From: Rhizophagus irregularis
Lineage: Eukaryota
NCBI RefSeq assembly: GCF_026210795.1
Contig: NC_089435.1
Location: 4,464,001 to 4,528,000 of the forward strand
DNA length: 64,000 bases
Reading direction: 5' to 3'
Position numbers and translations under genes: made by a program. Below are positions 9,141-20,481 of this stretch, piece by piece. A model generated the notes under the pieces. The model was not told the origin of the DNA. It saw only the letters and a list, made by a program, of their open reading frames with translations, and searched no databases. Position 1 is the first letter of the stretch, and each line of letters opens with the position of its first letter.

Positions 9141-12100
9141 ATGCATACACCAACTAATTTTGACCAAACTGATCACACCGGAACTCTCACCCGCTACGAC
9201 AGCGCCAGCCCTTTAGCTGGTATCCCATCACGTAATGATATTGTGGCAGAATTCGATAATGGGATGACCACTATACTTCAACAAAGCCTATCCGGCAAGC
9301 AACCCATACATTTCATGCCTACTGAAGTTAGTGATGATATCGAGGGGTATTCCTCCTATATCTTGCATATCACTGGTTCTTTGATTAATAGGCAAAAGGT
9401 GGTCGTGAATATCACAGCATCCGACCATTCTTCGATGTTGAAGTACCTGAAAACTATTCCCCCTCTTCACTTAAGACCATATTAGCACGCATTTTATCAG
9501 TTACACTCAAAAATACAACAAAATTTGGGGTTGAGGATATTCGTGCTTTTCCACTTCAGGGTTATTATACAGAAAAGAAAGCATATATCCGTATAAGAAC
9601 GTGGAACTACTTTGATCGGTATAATGCCCTAAAAGCAGTTCGTGAAGTCGGCATTCGTACAGTCTCAGATGATCTAAACTGCCAGTATTATTACTGCAAA
9701 GTAGCTCGTGAAGAACGATTACCTCTTTCAAGCTGGGCCGTATTAAGCAATTATTTATACGAATTCATCCCAGATGGTACTTACCTATTTCGACTATCTG
9801 TGGATAATTATAATCCAATAATATAAGTGAGGACAATTATAATAATCCATTATTCTCCTCAACACTTACGAGGGATCGAACCCTCATACTCACATGGGAT
9901 ATTGAGACATATAGTTCACGAAAAACAGGCGAGGTGCCTAACGCAAAATATGATGAAGACAGAGTGTTTATGATTTGTATGACAGTGCATTGGAAAGATG
10001 ATCCCGAACCGTTAAAACAAATCTGTCTTGTCGATGTTGAAACAGCACCAGAGCCAAGCTGAATCACAATTGTATGTGGATCCCAGACAGATTTACTAAA
10101 AGCATTCGCTTTATGTTGGAAACTTCTAGCTCCGGATATACACATAGGCTTTAATGATTCTCAATACGATTGGTGGTTTATTGTAGAGAAAGCTAATAAA
10201 TTAGGAGTTCTCGAATGGATGTTCAATCATATGTCATTCAAGCCATCGAGCCTGGAAAAAATTATAAAATGGGAATATCGATATAATATGATAAAAGTAA
10301 ATGATGGAAAATTCCATTCGAAACATCTTAAAATTCCGGGATGTGTAGCTATTGACGTCCGACCCTGTTTTATGGGAATTTATTCTAAGGCTGAAAAGAG
10401 TAGTTTAGCATTTTACCTAAATGAATGTGGGCTCGAAAGTAAAATGGATATGCCTATTCACCGCATGAACAAATATTATGAAAGGGCATTAAAAAAGCCA
10501 GATTCCATGTTGGCCGAACAAATGCGCGAAGTGGCCAAATATTGTATTATCGACGCTCTTAGTTGCCAGCGGTTAATGGTAAAGCATAATGCAATTAATG
10601 AGTATAGAGAGGTGGCATCCATAGCCTTCTTATTATTATTTGATGCACATTATTTTGCGGGAGGTATGAAGGTTTGCAATTTTTTAAGTGCTAGCGCATG
10701 GCAAAGAGGGATCCTAACCAGTATGATTTCAAGCCAACAAACAGAAACTGGAAAATACCCTGGAGCCTATGTTTTCCCACCAGTAAAGGGTCTCGAAAAT
10801 AGACGTCCTGTAACTGGTTTAGATTTCGCATCGTTATATCCGAATCTTATCATAATATATAACCTCTCACCCGACAAAATCATTTTATCTCAAGAGCATG
10901 CCATATCTGTAGAACAAAGCGACAAAAAGCTTCATAAGATAGAGTTTCTATTTAATAACAACCCCTAACGTGCCTGGTCAGTTCAGCATAACAATATTTC
11001 TGAAGAAAAAGGACTCTATACTAGCGTATTGGAATATTTATCAGGTAAACGAAATGAGATGAAGAAGCGTCTTGCACCTTTGAAAGAGAAAAAGGAAGAC
11101 ATGGACTTGGTAATAAGTTCAATGGGTAAAAGTTTGTCATTATCAGAAGCCATCGAGCAGATCTTAGCGAATGCAGAGGTAGAAAAACATAACGGTTTTA
11201 CTAAAAATTTATATCATTTTATTCATAAAGAAAAGCATGAATTCATAGCAGAATATGATTCTATTTGTTTCGACTGTTCTTGTTTGGATAAGAAACAATA
11301 TGCTTTCAAGATATATATGAATTCATTCTATGGTACGGCTGGAGATAGTAAATCCCCTTCTTCTTACGTGAACTTGCTGGGGGTGTTACTTCGGCTGGAC
11401 AGAGAAATATCAAACTCGTTGCGGATTTCGTCAAGAGAAAGGGATTTAGGATAAAATATGGTGATACGGATTCCTTGTATTTAGTCTGTCCAGAAGAACG
11501 CTTCCAGAGGTGTGATGAGGCTTATGATAGTGGCAACGGGATCTCAAAAGAAGAATATTGGTCTCGAATGGTAGAAATCTCTATGGTGAAAATGGAAAAA
11601 CTTCGTGATGAAGTTAATGACTTTCTCAAGGAAGATAACGGATCCCCTTATCTTAAAATGGCATATGAGGAAGTCTTATTTCCGGTAGTATTTACTGGAA
11701 AAAAAAAATACTATGGTATCCCGCATGAAAGCAAGCCGAACTTTAATAAAAAGCTTTTCATTCAGGGAGTTGAGGTTGTAAAGTGGGGGCAGTCTAAACA
11801 CTTTCGTGGGATGGGTAAGAAGGTCATGGAAGAATCTATGAGACTGGATAATACTCGCACCTTGCATCAGATTGTGGAGAACGTGCTTAAAGAAACCATA
11901 AATGATATTCACAGATAGATCTTAATGGGGTGATTAAAACTGCTGTATGGAAGCCTGATAAGAATAACAAGAGTGTCCAGCATTTTATTTCACAAATGCG
12001 AGACAGACATACTCGTGAAGAAGCAGATGCCAAACGGCTCATAAAAAGAGGGCTAACATCTGAGCCTTATCTTTATGAAATCCTAGAACCGGGTGAGCGT

Positions 12101-12937
12101 TTTGAGTATGTTGTAGTTGAGAATGATTCATCAGATAAGGTCGGAAATAAAATGGAGTATCCAGAAGTAGTGAGGCGATTAGGTAAAAAGATCAATATCA
12201 GCTATTATCTGAAAACCGTCGTCAGCCTTTGTGCACGATTTATTAACTATGATGAAAGTTTCCAGCCATCATCTGAAATTGTGCTGGAGGCCTTAAAAAA
12301 GTTGAAAGATGCTAATAAAGCGGGTGATAATAAAGCGGATGACGGTGGGGTGGATGGAAATGACCTGGATGAAGACGAAGAAGATGAAGACAAAATGGAT
12401 GAAGATGAGGTATCAAAAATAAGAGATGCCTTAGCGCAGAAATCGGCTGAAAAGTGGATTAAGGGGTATATCAAAAGCCTACGTGATGGTCCGAAAAAAG
12501 ATAAAACCATCATATCTCATTTATGGGAAGGGGCACGCATTTACGTGAAAAAAATATTTGATACTACTTATGCCGACAAGGGAGAACACCTAACTAACAA
12601 TGCTTATTACCAATCATTCCTCAATGCGCTAGATAAGCAAGAAGAATCCATCCGCTTAAAACTTTCATCATTGCTTAAAGAAATTTCTGAGGTTGATATA
12701 GAGTATAGAGACAGTATGTATAAATTAGTTACTAAGAAGCGAGCAATGTCCTTAGAACAATATTTAATATCATATTATTTGGATGAGTGTAAGCTACTAG
12801 CAGATTTCTGAAACACATGGTACAAAGTAGTTGGCCTAGAAATTATACGCTATCGAACATTATCGAAGTTACAGGATGACAAAAAAGATGATTCGTCCAA
12901 AGCGGATATAGACGAGATCATCGAATTATATGGATAA
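9141..12937 (+). pseudogene. polB: Family B DNA polymerase, nucleic-acid-primed (Pol delta/NCLDV, asfarvirus-like type), intronless and disrupted
   Basis: Exo[10 protein letters not shown], ExoII IGFNDSQYDW, ExoIII YCIIDA, region II RPVTGLDFASLYPN, region III KIYMNSFYG, region [16 protein letters not shown]; several stops and frameshifts. Confidence 0.93.
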
Positions 12938-12950
12938 ATACTCTTAGCGG

Positions 12951-13481
12951 TGTTAACTGATTCAGTACGTTGAATAGATTAACTATGATTTGCAGTCAGG
13001 GAGATTAAGTACGTTTAACTATGACTGAAATCCAATCAAACAAGACACGCTTAAAATAGGGAGTTCGTTTATAGTGTAAAAGGTTATACTTTATTATAGA
13101 ACTTTATAATTACAAGAATAAGAACTAATAGGAACTAAGGTTAACTAATTCGAACTGAAGGAACTTAACTTATAACGAGGGAAAATACCAACGTTATTTA
13201 TATAAAAGTTACTACATATAAAGATATAATAAATATAATAGATATAACTAATGTAATAAATATAACTAATATAATAAATATAATAAATAAATTAAATATA
13301 ATAAATAAAATAATTATATCGATTATATTAAATATAATTAATATAATAAATATAATAGAAATAATAGGCTAAGGAGGCTGCGGCTAGGTCGGCTTGGCAC
13401 AGTTGGGTACAGTAGATCCTAATTTTCCACATGATCTTCTGGCGCAGTAAGTTGTAACTCTACACGTGACTAGGGGTAACA
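12951..13481 (-). mobile_element. Solo LTR (TG...CA) with 4-bp TSD GCGG
   Basis: gcgg|TGTTAAC ... GTAACA|gcgg (12947-12950 and 13482-13485); internal TATA-like and AATAAA motifs on the minus strand. Confidence 0.75.
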
Positions 13482-13586
13482 GCGGGATGTGGCAATTTCA
13501 ACTAAGAATACTTAGCCGTTAAGGCACTTCGCATAATAAAATTTACATATTTTTTCTCGTGTAATAATACCGGCTAACTTCAATTT

Positions 13587-14645
13587 CTATCTTCGAACTT
13601 CTGGCCTCTGATCATAAATCCCAGCCTCAGAAATGTTCGGAGACGATAAAAAATAGTTCCAATTAGGAGAATACTTGGTATTACTTTTTTCTTTCGGCTT
13701 AGCACTCCACAAATTCCATATTTTTTTCCCAAATACGAAGTACATAATTGCAATCAGTAAAAAGATAAGTATGGAATATATTATCAACGGCGACATCAAG
13801 GAGCTCGCAACGATAGGAATAGCTGATGGTAAAGATACCGTTTCTGCGCCATCTACAGAAATAATTTGAGATGAATCATTCATAGGCGGGGGTGGAGGGG
13901 GTATTTCATTATTTTCCTTCAATTCTAACTGGTCCCTGAAGGACCTATTTTCCTCCCTTAATTTTGATCACGCTGAATACAAAGCATCTATTTCCCGTCT
14001 AAATATGCTATTTGATGACTCTATCCTCTTTTCCATACATTCTATTGTATATTCTTTTGAATTACGGTCCTCCTTCACCTGTTCCAATTCAAGCCTGAGA
14101 GAATCAATCTCTTTAGGATCGGATAAGCTTATTTGGACTGGCTCCTCTATCACCTCTCCCATTACATCCAAATCATGATATGTACGCTCTAGATCTATGT
14201 CCTCCAACTTACCTTCCAATTCACGTATTTTAGTTTCAAGAGAAAGAATCTGGACCTTGTCAGCGGATGAAGCTTTCTGGGCCAAAGTCGCCTTTCTCTT
14301 CAGTGTTTTAATCTCTGATTTGAGCGATTGGATTTTAGCAGTATATTTGACTTCAAGCTCACGTTGACTTTTGGAATGAGACTTCCGTTCAGAAATAAGT
14401 TGGGATCTAACCTTAGTACTGGACGCGTTTAACTGGCTAGCTTTATTTTCAAACTCCTTTTCTCGCTCATTGTACTTATCTACCAGCTTTTCGCTGAGAT
14501 CATTAATTTCGGCTTTAGATTTAATAGCAGAATATAATTTTTCTTTAAGCTCTTGCTCATATGTACCACCAAGTCGTTGTCTGACCCCCTTAAAGGAATC
14601 ATTATCTTTATTATTGATATTTTTCAAGATATATACATTGGTCAT
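13587..14645 (-). pseudogene. Coiled-coil protein with polyproline and a C-terminal transmembrane segment (one premature stop)
   Basis: ORFs 13968..14645 and 13587..13922 are in frame across TGA 13968 (…LYSA*SKLREENRSFRDQLELKENNEIPPPPPP…LIIYSILIFLLIAIMYFVFG). Confidence 0.65.
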
Positions 14646-14707
14646 AGCCTTTTTTTTTCGGCTTAGTTGCTAATATAAAAAAAATGTGTCTAAAAATTTC
14701 TGGACTG

Positions 14708-14860
14708 AATCTACCGAAAATATATCGATAGTACTGAATACACCGAATATACCGAATATATCAGATGGATCGAATGTACCGAATGTACCGAAAATAAATC
14801 GATAATATCGAACAAAAATCAATTGAATATCGAAATTATATCAAAAATACACCGATAATT
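14708..14860. repeat. Cluster of ~9-bp (T/C)ACCGAATA-like motifs between divergent genes
   Basis: caccgaatat accgaatata…cgaatgtaccgaatgtaccgaaaat. Confidence 0.65.
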
Positions 14861-14916
14861 TTTCGAAAGATTTTTTTATATCTATCTGTAAAAAATACTT
14901 CGGTATCTGCGTTCAG

Positions 14917-15350
14917 ATGCAACCTCCCTATCAGCTGAAGATATTCAGGATATTATTAAAGCTAAAAATTCAATGAAGCGAGCATCAGAAGCTATGGCTA
15001 ACAAGTACAAAATATCATCACGACGGGTATATCAAATATAAAGAGGAGCCCATCCACAAATAGATCCTAAAGACATAAATCGATTTTCGGAAGAACCTGG
15101 TTCGCCTCAGCAAGCAGACCCTGTGGAATGTAATGTTATTTCTGGAAGTAAGGTAAAAAAGTTTGGAGGAAAAAAAACTAAGTCTAAATCCGTTCGTATC
15201 TCTGAGTTACCTGTTATTCAGACACCACTAGCTTCAATAAGCTCAAAAAGTTTAAATATAAGCAATGAGGAATTAGAAGCATTTTGTGAGAAAGAAGATA
15301 AGAGAGGCGAAAAAATCACAGAAGAAATGAATAGGATACTAGCCACGTAA
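14917..15350 (+). pseudogene. Small putative HTH DNA-binding protein, disrupted
   Basis: LSAEDIQDIIKAK...SEAMANKYKISSRRVYQI*RG resembles a helix-turn-helix and runs in frame into ORF 15123..15350. Confidence 0.4.
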
Positions 15351-15463
15351 AAGATATTTTTCATTTAGTTCATTATAACGTAATAACAACTCCTCACATA
15401 ATTCATTGAGATTTTCTTTAGACTTAAGAGTGTTATATAACATTCTTTCAAGTTCCTCATAAC

Positions 15464-16279
15464 TCACTTTTTTTTTAATGTCTCATTCGCGCTCAAGTCC
15501 ACTTGGTCCGGAATCGAGGATTCATCACATTCGGGAGTAGTGGTTATACAATTCACCTCGAGCTTGTTCTTGACTTTGTGCATGGTGACTGGAATAATTA
15601 AATCCTTACCGTTATGAGAAATCTTTAATTCATCTTTGTCCCAGTCAATTGCACATTTATATTTCTTAAGAAGAGGATTCGAAAATATTAGCATTGGCTT
15701 AGAGTATTTTACAACTATAAAATCTTCATATATAGTAAATCTAGGAGCTAAGGTTATCGGTAAATTGTGGACGACTCCAATAGATTCAACTGGCACAGTA
15801 GCAATACCACTAAGATCATGTTTTATGGATTTGTCGATTCTATATCCTACGCGTTCAACAATATCAGGTGTTATAATGGGAAGTTCGGCACAAGAGTCCA
15901 GTGCCATAGCTGGAATTTTAAGACGCTTAATCTTGCATTTTATAGATGCAATGCTTGTGGTGGGCTCCTTCTTTTTGACGAAATCTATCTCCATAGGTCC
16001 ATCCAAAACATCCTCTTCATCTGAATCTTGAGCTAAGGCAGGTGCACACTTTTTAGCTTGCTGAATTATGTACGGAAGATAATTCTCAAATTCAATTTGA
16101 ATGATTTTGCGAATAGTTTCTTCTAAAGACACACGCTTACCATGACTATTTTTATCTGATGAGGCATTATGGGTAGAAGACAAATTATTGTCTTGCTTTA
16201 CCTTACGAAGATCATATTTATTAGACACCTTAGACTTTGAGGATTTATCAGAATACTCACGTTGCTCAGTGTAATTCAC
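15464..16279 (-). CDS. Retropepsin-like aspartic protease (in the -1 frame relative to the upstream Gag-like ORF)
   Basis: DGPMEIDF linker; KIPAMALDSCAELPIITPDIVERVG...LSGIAT...MLIFSNPLLKKYKCAIDW. Confidence 0.82.
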   Translation of the reverse strand: MNYTEQREYSDKSSKSKVSNKYDLRKVKQDNNLSSTHNASSDKNSHGKRVSLEETIRKIIQIEFENYLPYIIQQAKKCAPALAQDSDEEDVLDGPMEIDFVKKKEPTTSIASIKCKIKRLKIPAMALDSCAELPIITPDIVERVGYRIDKSIKHDLSGIATVPVESIGVVHNLPITLAPRFTIYEDFIVVKYSKPMLIFSNPLLKKYKCAIDWDKDELKISHNGKDLIIPVTMHKVKNKLEVNCITTTPECDESSIPDQVDLSANETLKKK

Positions 16280-18687
16280 TTTTTTTTTCTATGACTTATG
16301 TAAATATTCATATCACGATTTCCGGAGTCTGAACCGGCTGATGAATTATCAGAGTTATAATCATTGTCCTCAGGTTTTGATATATCATCATCAGAAAAAA
16401 TGGGATCAGACTGTTCATCTACTGTAGCCATATGAACTCGACTACTTCTGGATTTGGAATCTTTAGCGAATTTAGCCAATAAGGCTTCGATTTGTCCTAA
16501 TCTTTTTTCCAATCCTCCAAAAGGTGAGGACTCTGAGCGTTGTCGCTATGGTGTTTTGGTATCTCTGGTATCTTTTCTAGCAAATTTAGCTAAGTGGGCT
16601 TCAATTCGTTCTAATCTTTTTTCCAATCCTCCATTATTATAGTCTGAGAATTCTGAACACTGATACTGAGCTGATTTGGTATCTATGGTATCTTCTCTTA
16701 CGAGTTTGGTGAGTTTGGCTAAATTAATTTCGATTACTCCTAATCTTTTTTCCAATTCTTGATTAATATAATTATCAAAGATTGAAGCATTATTTGAATT
16801 AACTACATTTTCTGATAGCTGTAAACGTTGGGCAAGTTTAGAATGCACCTGCATTGATTCCGCTAACTATGCCTCCAAAGAAGCTATTTTGGAATTTAAC
16901 TTTTCAAAATTGGCCGAGACTTCATTATTCTGGGAGTGTAGTACTTGAGCCGGTTGTGTTAGTTGTGCTTGTAAAGAGGCTATTTGGGAATTTAATTTTT
17001 CAATTTCAGCTGAAGAATTATTCTGATAATTTTGGCCTCCATTTAAATTGGAAGCACGCTCCAGCCACATGTCTTTTAGATTTGTAAAAAATGCATTAAT
17101 ACCAGCAGGAGCGATAGCCCGCATCTATGTATAAAGATTACCTGACAAGTAGTTCTTAAGAAATCCTATAGTTTGTGCATCACCATCCGCTACACCTAAT
17201 AATAAAGGTCGGATTCTTTTTTCATAAGTATCTGGCGTGTCTGAGGGTAGAAATTTTTCTTGAGTTAATCTTTGAAGTACCGACTGCCGACTACCTACTG
17301 TTTCTCGTTGATAATGTGATCTCATCCAAGCACGTAAAGTAGCTGGAGAATTAATATTAGCATTTCCATTATATGGATCTTGGGCAGGAACTGGTAAATA
17401 TTTTCCTCCCATCTGAGCTTTAAAAATATCACATTTGACAACATCATCGAAATCTCCAGTATTTGCATTTTCAAGAACAGTCATATGTTCTTGTGCAAAT
17501 GATATTGATTGAATAAGTCTATCTAAATAATCATCAGGAGGTTCTTGGCCTATATAGGGCTTAGTTTTTGCAAGAACCGGTGCAATCATAGTTAATACTG
17601 GTAAACGTCTAGCATCTGCCATATTTCCTAATGGGTTATTCTGAAGCGCCAAAATTTGTCCCTGCAAATTTAAAATATTCTGGTTTCTTTGCCTAATCAC
17701 TAGCTGGAAAACAAACTTTTCACGTAGCAATCCACCAATGCGGGTTTGTTTTCTTGCTATAATAACTAACATCCTATTTACCTGGTTTTGGGCATTGGTT
17801 TGCAACTGTCAGGTATTTTGCTGAAGACGGTTAGTATCTCGCTGATACAATAGCTGTTTAGCAAATTTTTCTCGCAATAATCCTTGGACACGCCTATTTT
17901 TATCCTGATATGAAAACATCCAGTGACGAGATTCTTGTCTCTCATTATTATAGGCCAGCATAGCCAAGTTCTGCTCTCCTTAAGCATTATCTTTTTCCCT
18001 TACAGTTCTTTCAGCCTGAGCTCGGGATTCATTTAATAACTGCTGGAATCGCAGATTTTCATTTCTCATATCCCTTAACTGCTGTATAAGAACCCATTCC
18101 TGCTCATTTGTTTCGTTTAATATGTTCTGATATTAATCCCGCTCAGTTGTGGCATTTTGCAAAGTAACCCAAATAGTATTTAACAAGCCCCTGATACCAT
18201 CTAAAATATTAATAGGATTTGGCAGTAGTGTACCGGCACCTCTAATATGATTTTCAATCTGATCTAACCCTCTGTTAATATTTCCAATAAGATCAGCTGT
18301 TGCCATATCTAAAGCATTTATTGAGATTTTTTTATTTATGAGAATCCGGATTCTTGCCTTAAGACGTTCTACCTTATTTTCAAGCTCTATGATTCGGCCA
18401 TCTTGAATAGACCTAACCTCATCTTTGAATTTTTTATCTTGTTGTAAGATCCTAAGCTGTTTTCGCAAATCAGATATTTCCGATTTAAGTTTCTCTACCT
18501 CTTTTTCATGGGCTATGATAGTATTATCCTGTAATGAGATAGTTTGATAACATTGCTCTAGCTCCTTCACAAGAGAACAAAATTTTTTCTCATTACTTTT
18601 ATTATTGGAAATTTCATCCTGAAGCTCACTACGAAGCTCCTGGTTTGTATCTAAGAGTTGTGAATATGCTGGATCGAATGTTGACAT
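16276..18687 (-). pseudogene. Coiled-coil + Gag-like capsid polyprotein with internal repeats
   Basis: Collinear ORFs separated by single stops; KPYIGQEPPDDYLDRL and LQRLTQEKFLPSDTPDTYEKRIR are Gag-like; LEKRLxxIExxLAK repeated three times; ends …SHRKKK*. Confidence 0.65.
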
Positions 18688-18737
18688 GATATTATTCAGC
18701 CCTGATTTATAGAACCATCATATAATCGTGTTTAAGA

Positions 18738-20395
18738 ATGAGTCAACTGCAGATTGTAATAAATCCCGATGAAGAGCTCCATATAGTCTGTAGACTTCTG
18801 TTTTATAATATACCTGGCTTTTATACCAATGCCAAAAACCTATATAATGCATACCAGAAAGAAGGATATTCTTTTCGATTGTGAGATATTGCAAAGTGGT
18901 TAGTGTATCAATATATCCATCAAATTTATCGACAACCACTACCATGCAAAGCTGAAGCAAGTTTTTCAAAGATTAAGATTCCAAACAAGGTTCAGCAGTG
19001 TGACATTCTGCTCCACACTCACGATGATCAGGATGGTAGAAGGATATTCGTTTATACTTTTCTAATCATAGATGTGGCAACACGTTTTAAGGACGCACGC
19101 TCAATAATATCGAGAAATAGTTTAGAAATCTGGAATGCGATAAAAGAAGTATTTGAGGATCTTTCTAATCCTCTCACATGGCCAACATTATTAATGACTG
19201 ATGGTGATGCTTCGTTTCGGAGTGCATTCTTTTGAGAAATGCAACAATACAATGTCCCAATACGTGTTGTCGACCTTTATAGTTTTGAGAGCTTGGCTTT
19301 GATTAAAGCGTTTAAGAAAAGAATAGCAGAATTAATATATAAAGTCCAATATGCTATAGAGGGACGATTAACTGACGGAGAGCGATCAAGACTATGGAAA
19401 AAAATTCTTAAGAAGTATATTGATTATTTGAATAACAGTAAGACACACCTTATTGGGATGTCTCCAGCTCATGCTATGACTTTGGAAGAAGTTAAATCAA
19501 AACCTTCTAGGAAAGCTAAGCGCACAATTGGAAAAGATGAGGAGATAAAGTTACAAAAGGGTACAGCGGTTAGATATTTGTTAAAACCAGGTGAATTGGA
19601 AGGAGACCATAGGCGTAGAGCAACTGATCCATACTGGAGCTTGCGTGTCTATAAGATAAAAAGAGTTGTTATTAGGAAGAACCCGCCACAGCCAATCTTA
19701 TACTATCTTGAAAATGGACCTATTGAATCTACTGCTCATTTGATGGGACGAAATCCCAAAAGACCTTTCAAATTTGAGGAACTTCAAGTAATCGAGGAAC
19801 CTGATAAAATCAAATATCCACCAGATGAATTTATGTGGAAATATTATCCTACTGAATTCGTTCACTATGTTCAAGTTGCTAATGATAAATTGACTAAAGC
19901 CGATCAATATGCTAAGAAGCGTGGTGGCCATTGTCTGGAAAAGACCGGGCGAATAAATGGACATAATGTATACCTCTGGTCCTGTGAAAATGGTGTGCAT
20001 CAATGGGAGTATCTATTAAAGTATATCATGAAAAAATTTGAGTGGTGTCCTCTATGCCACCATACTACTGAAAGAAATTGCCGATACATTTTTAAGGATT
20101 TGCTAGGCAAGAAATTCCCATCCTGCAGACCATCATTTTTGAATGGAATGCAATTAGATGGTTATAATGAAGAATTAAAATTGGCTTTTGAATATCATGG
20201 ATCCCAACACTATAGTCTTAATTCAATGTTTCATAAGAGAGGCCAGATAGATTTAGATGAACAAAAATCCTGAAGCGAGACATATGTAAGCAAGAAGGTA
20301 TATGTCTTATCTCGGTGCCCTACACATGTGACCTTTTTCCCTACATTAGGTATATGCTAATCAAAAAGGGATATTTGGATGATGCAAGTGGGTAA
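18738..20395 (+). pseudogene. Polinton-type rve integrase fused to a Zn-ribbon + PD-(D/E)XK-like endonuclease domain
   Basis: N-terminus LFYNIPGFYTNAKNLY...AKWLVYQYIHQIY; QQCDIL (D1), LMTDGDASF (D2), [25 protein letters not shown]; then [10 protein letters not shown]...[10 protein letters not shown]...WCPLC...[21 protein letters not shown]; stops near 18886 and 19233, frameshift near 20270. Confidence 0.85.
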
Positions 20396-20481
20396 CCCAA
20401 TCTATTGGGCAAAGCATTTATTGCCAGAACTTGAGAAATTGTTACATTATTTTTCGATATAATAATTAGTTGGATCAAATC

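Noticed and set aside
9141..12937. Host DNA polymerase delta or zeta gene
   Set aside because: Intronless, disrupted, no C-terminal CysA/CysB motifs seen, and embedded among virus-like genes
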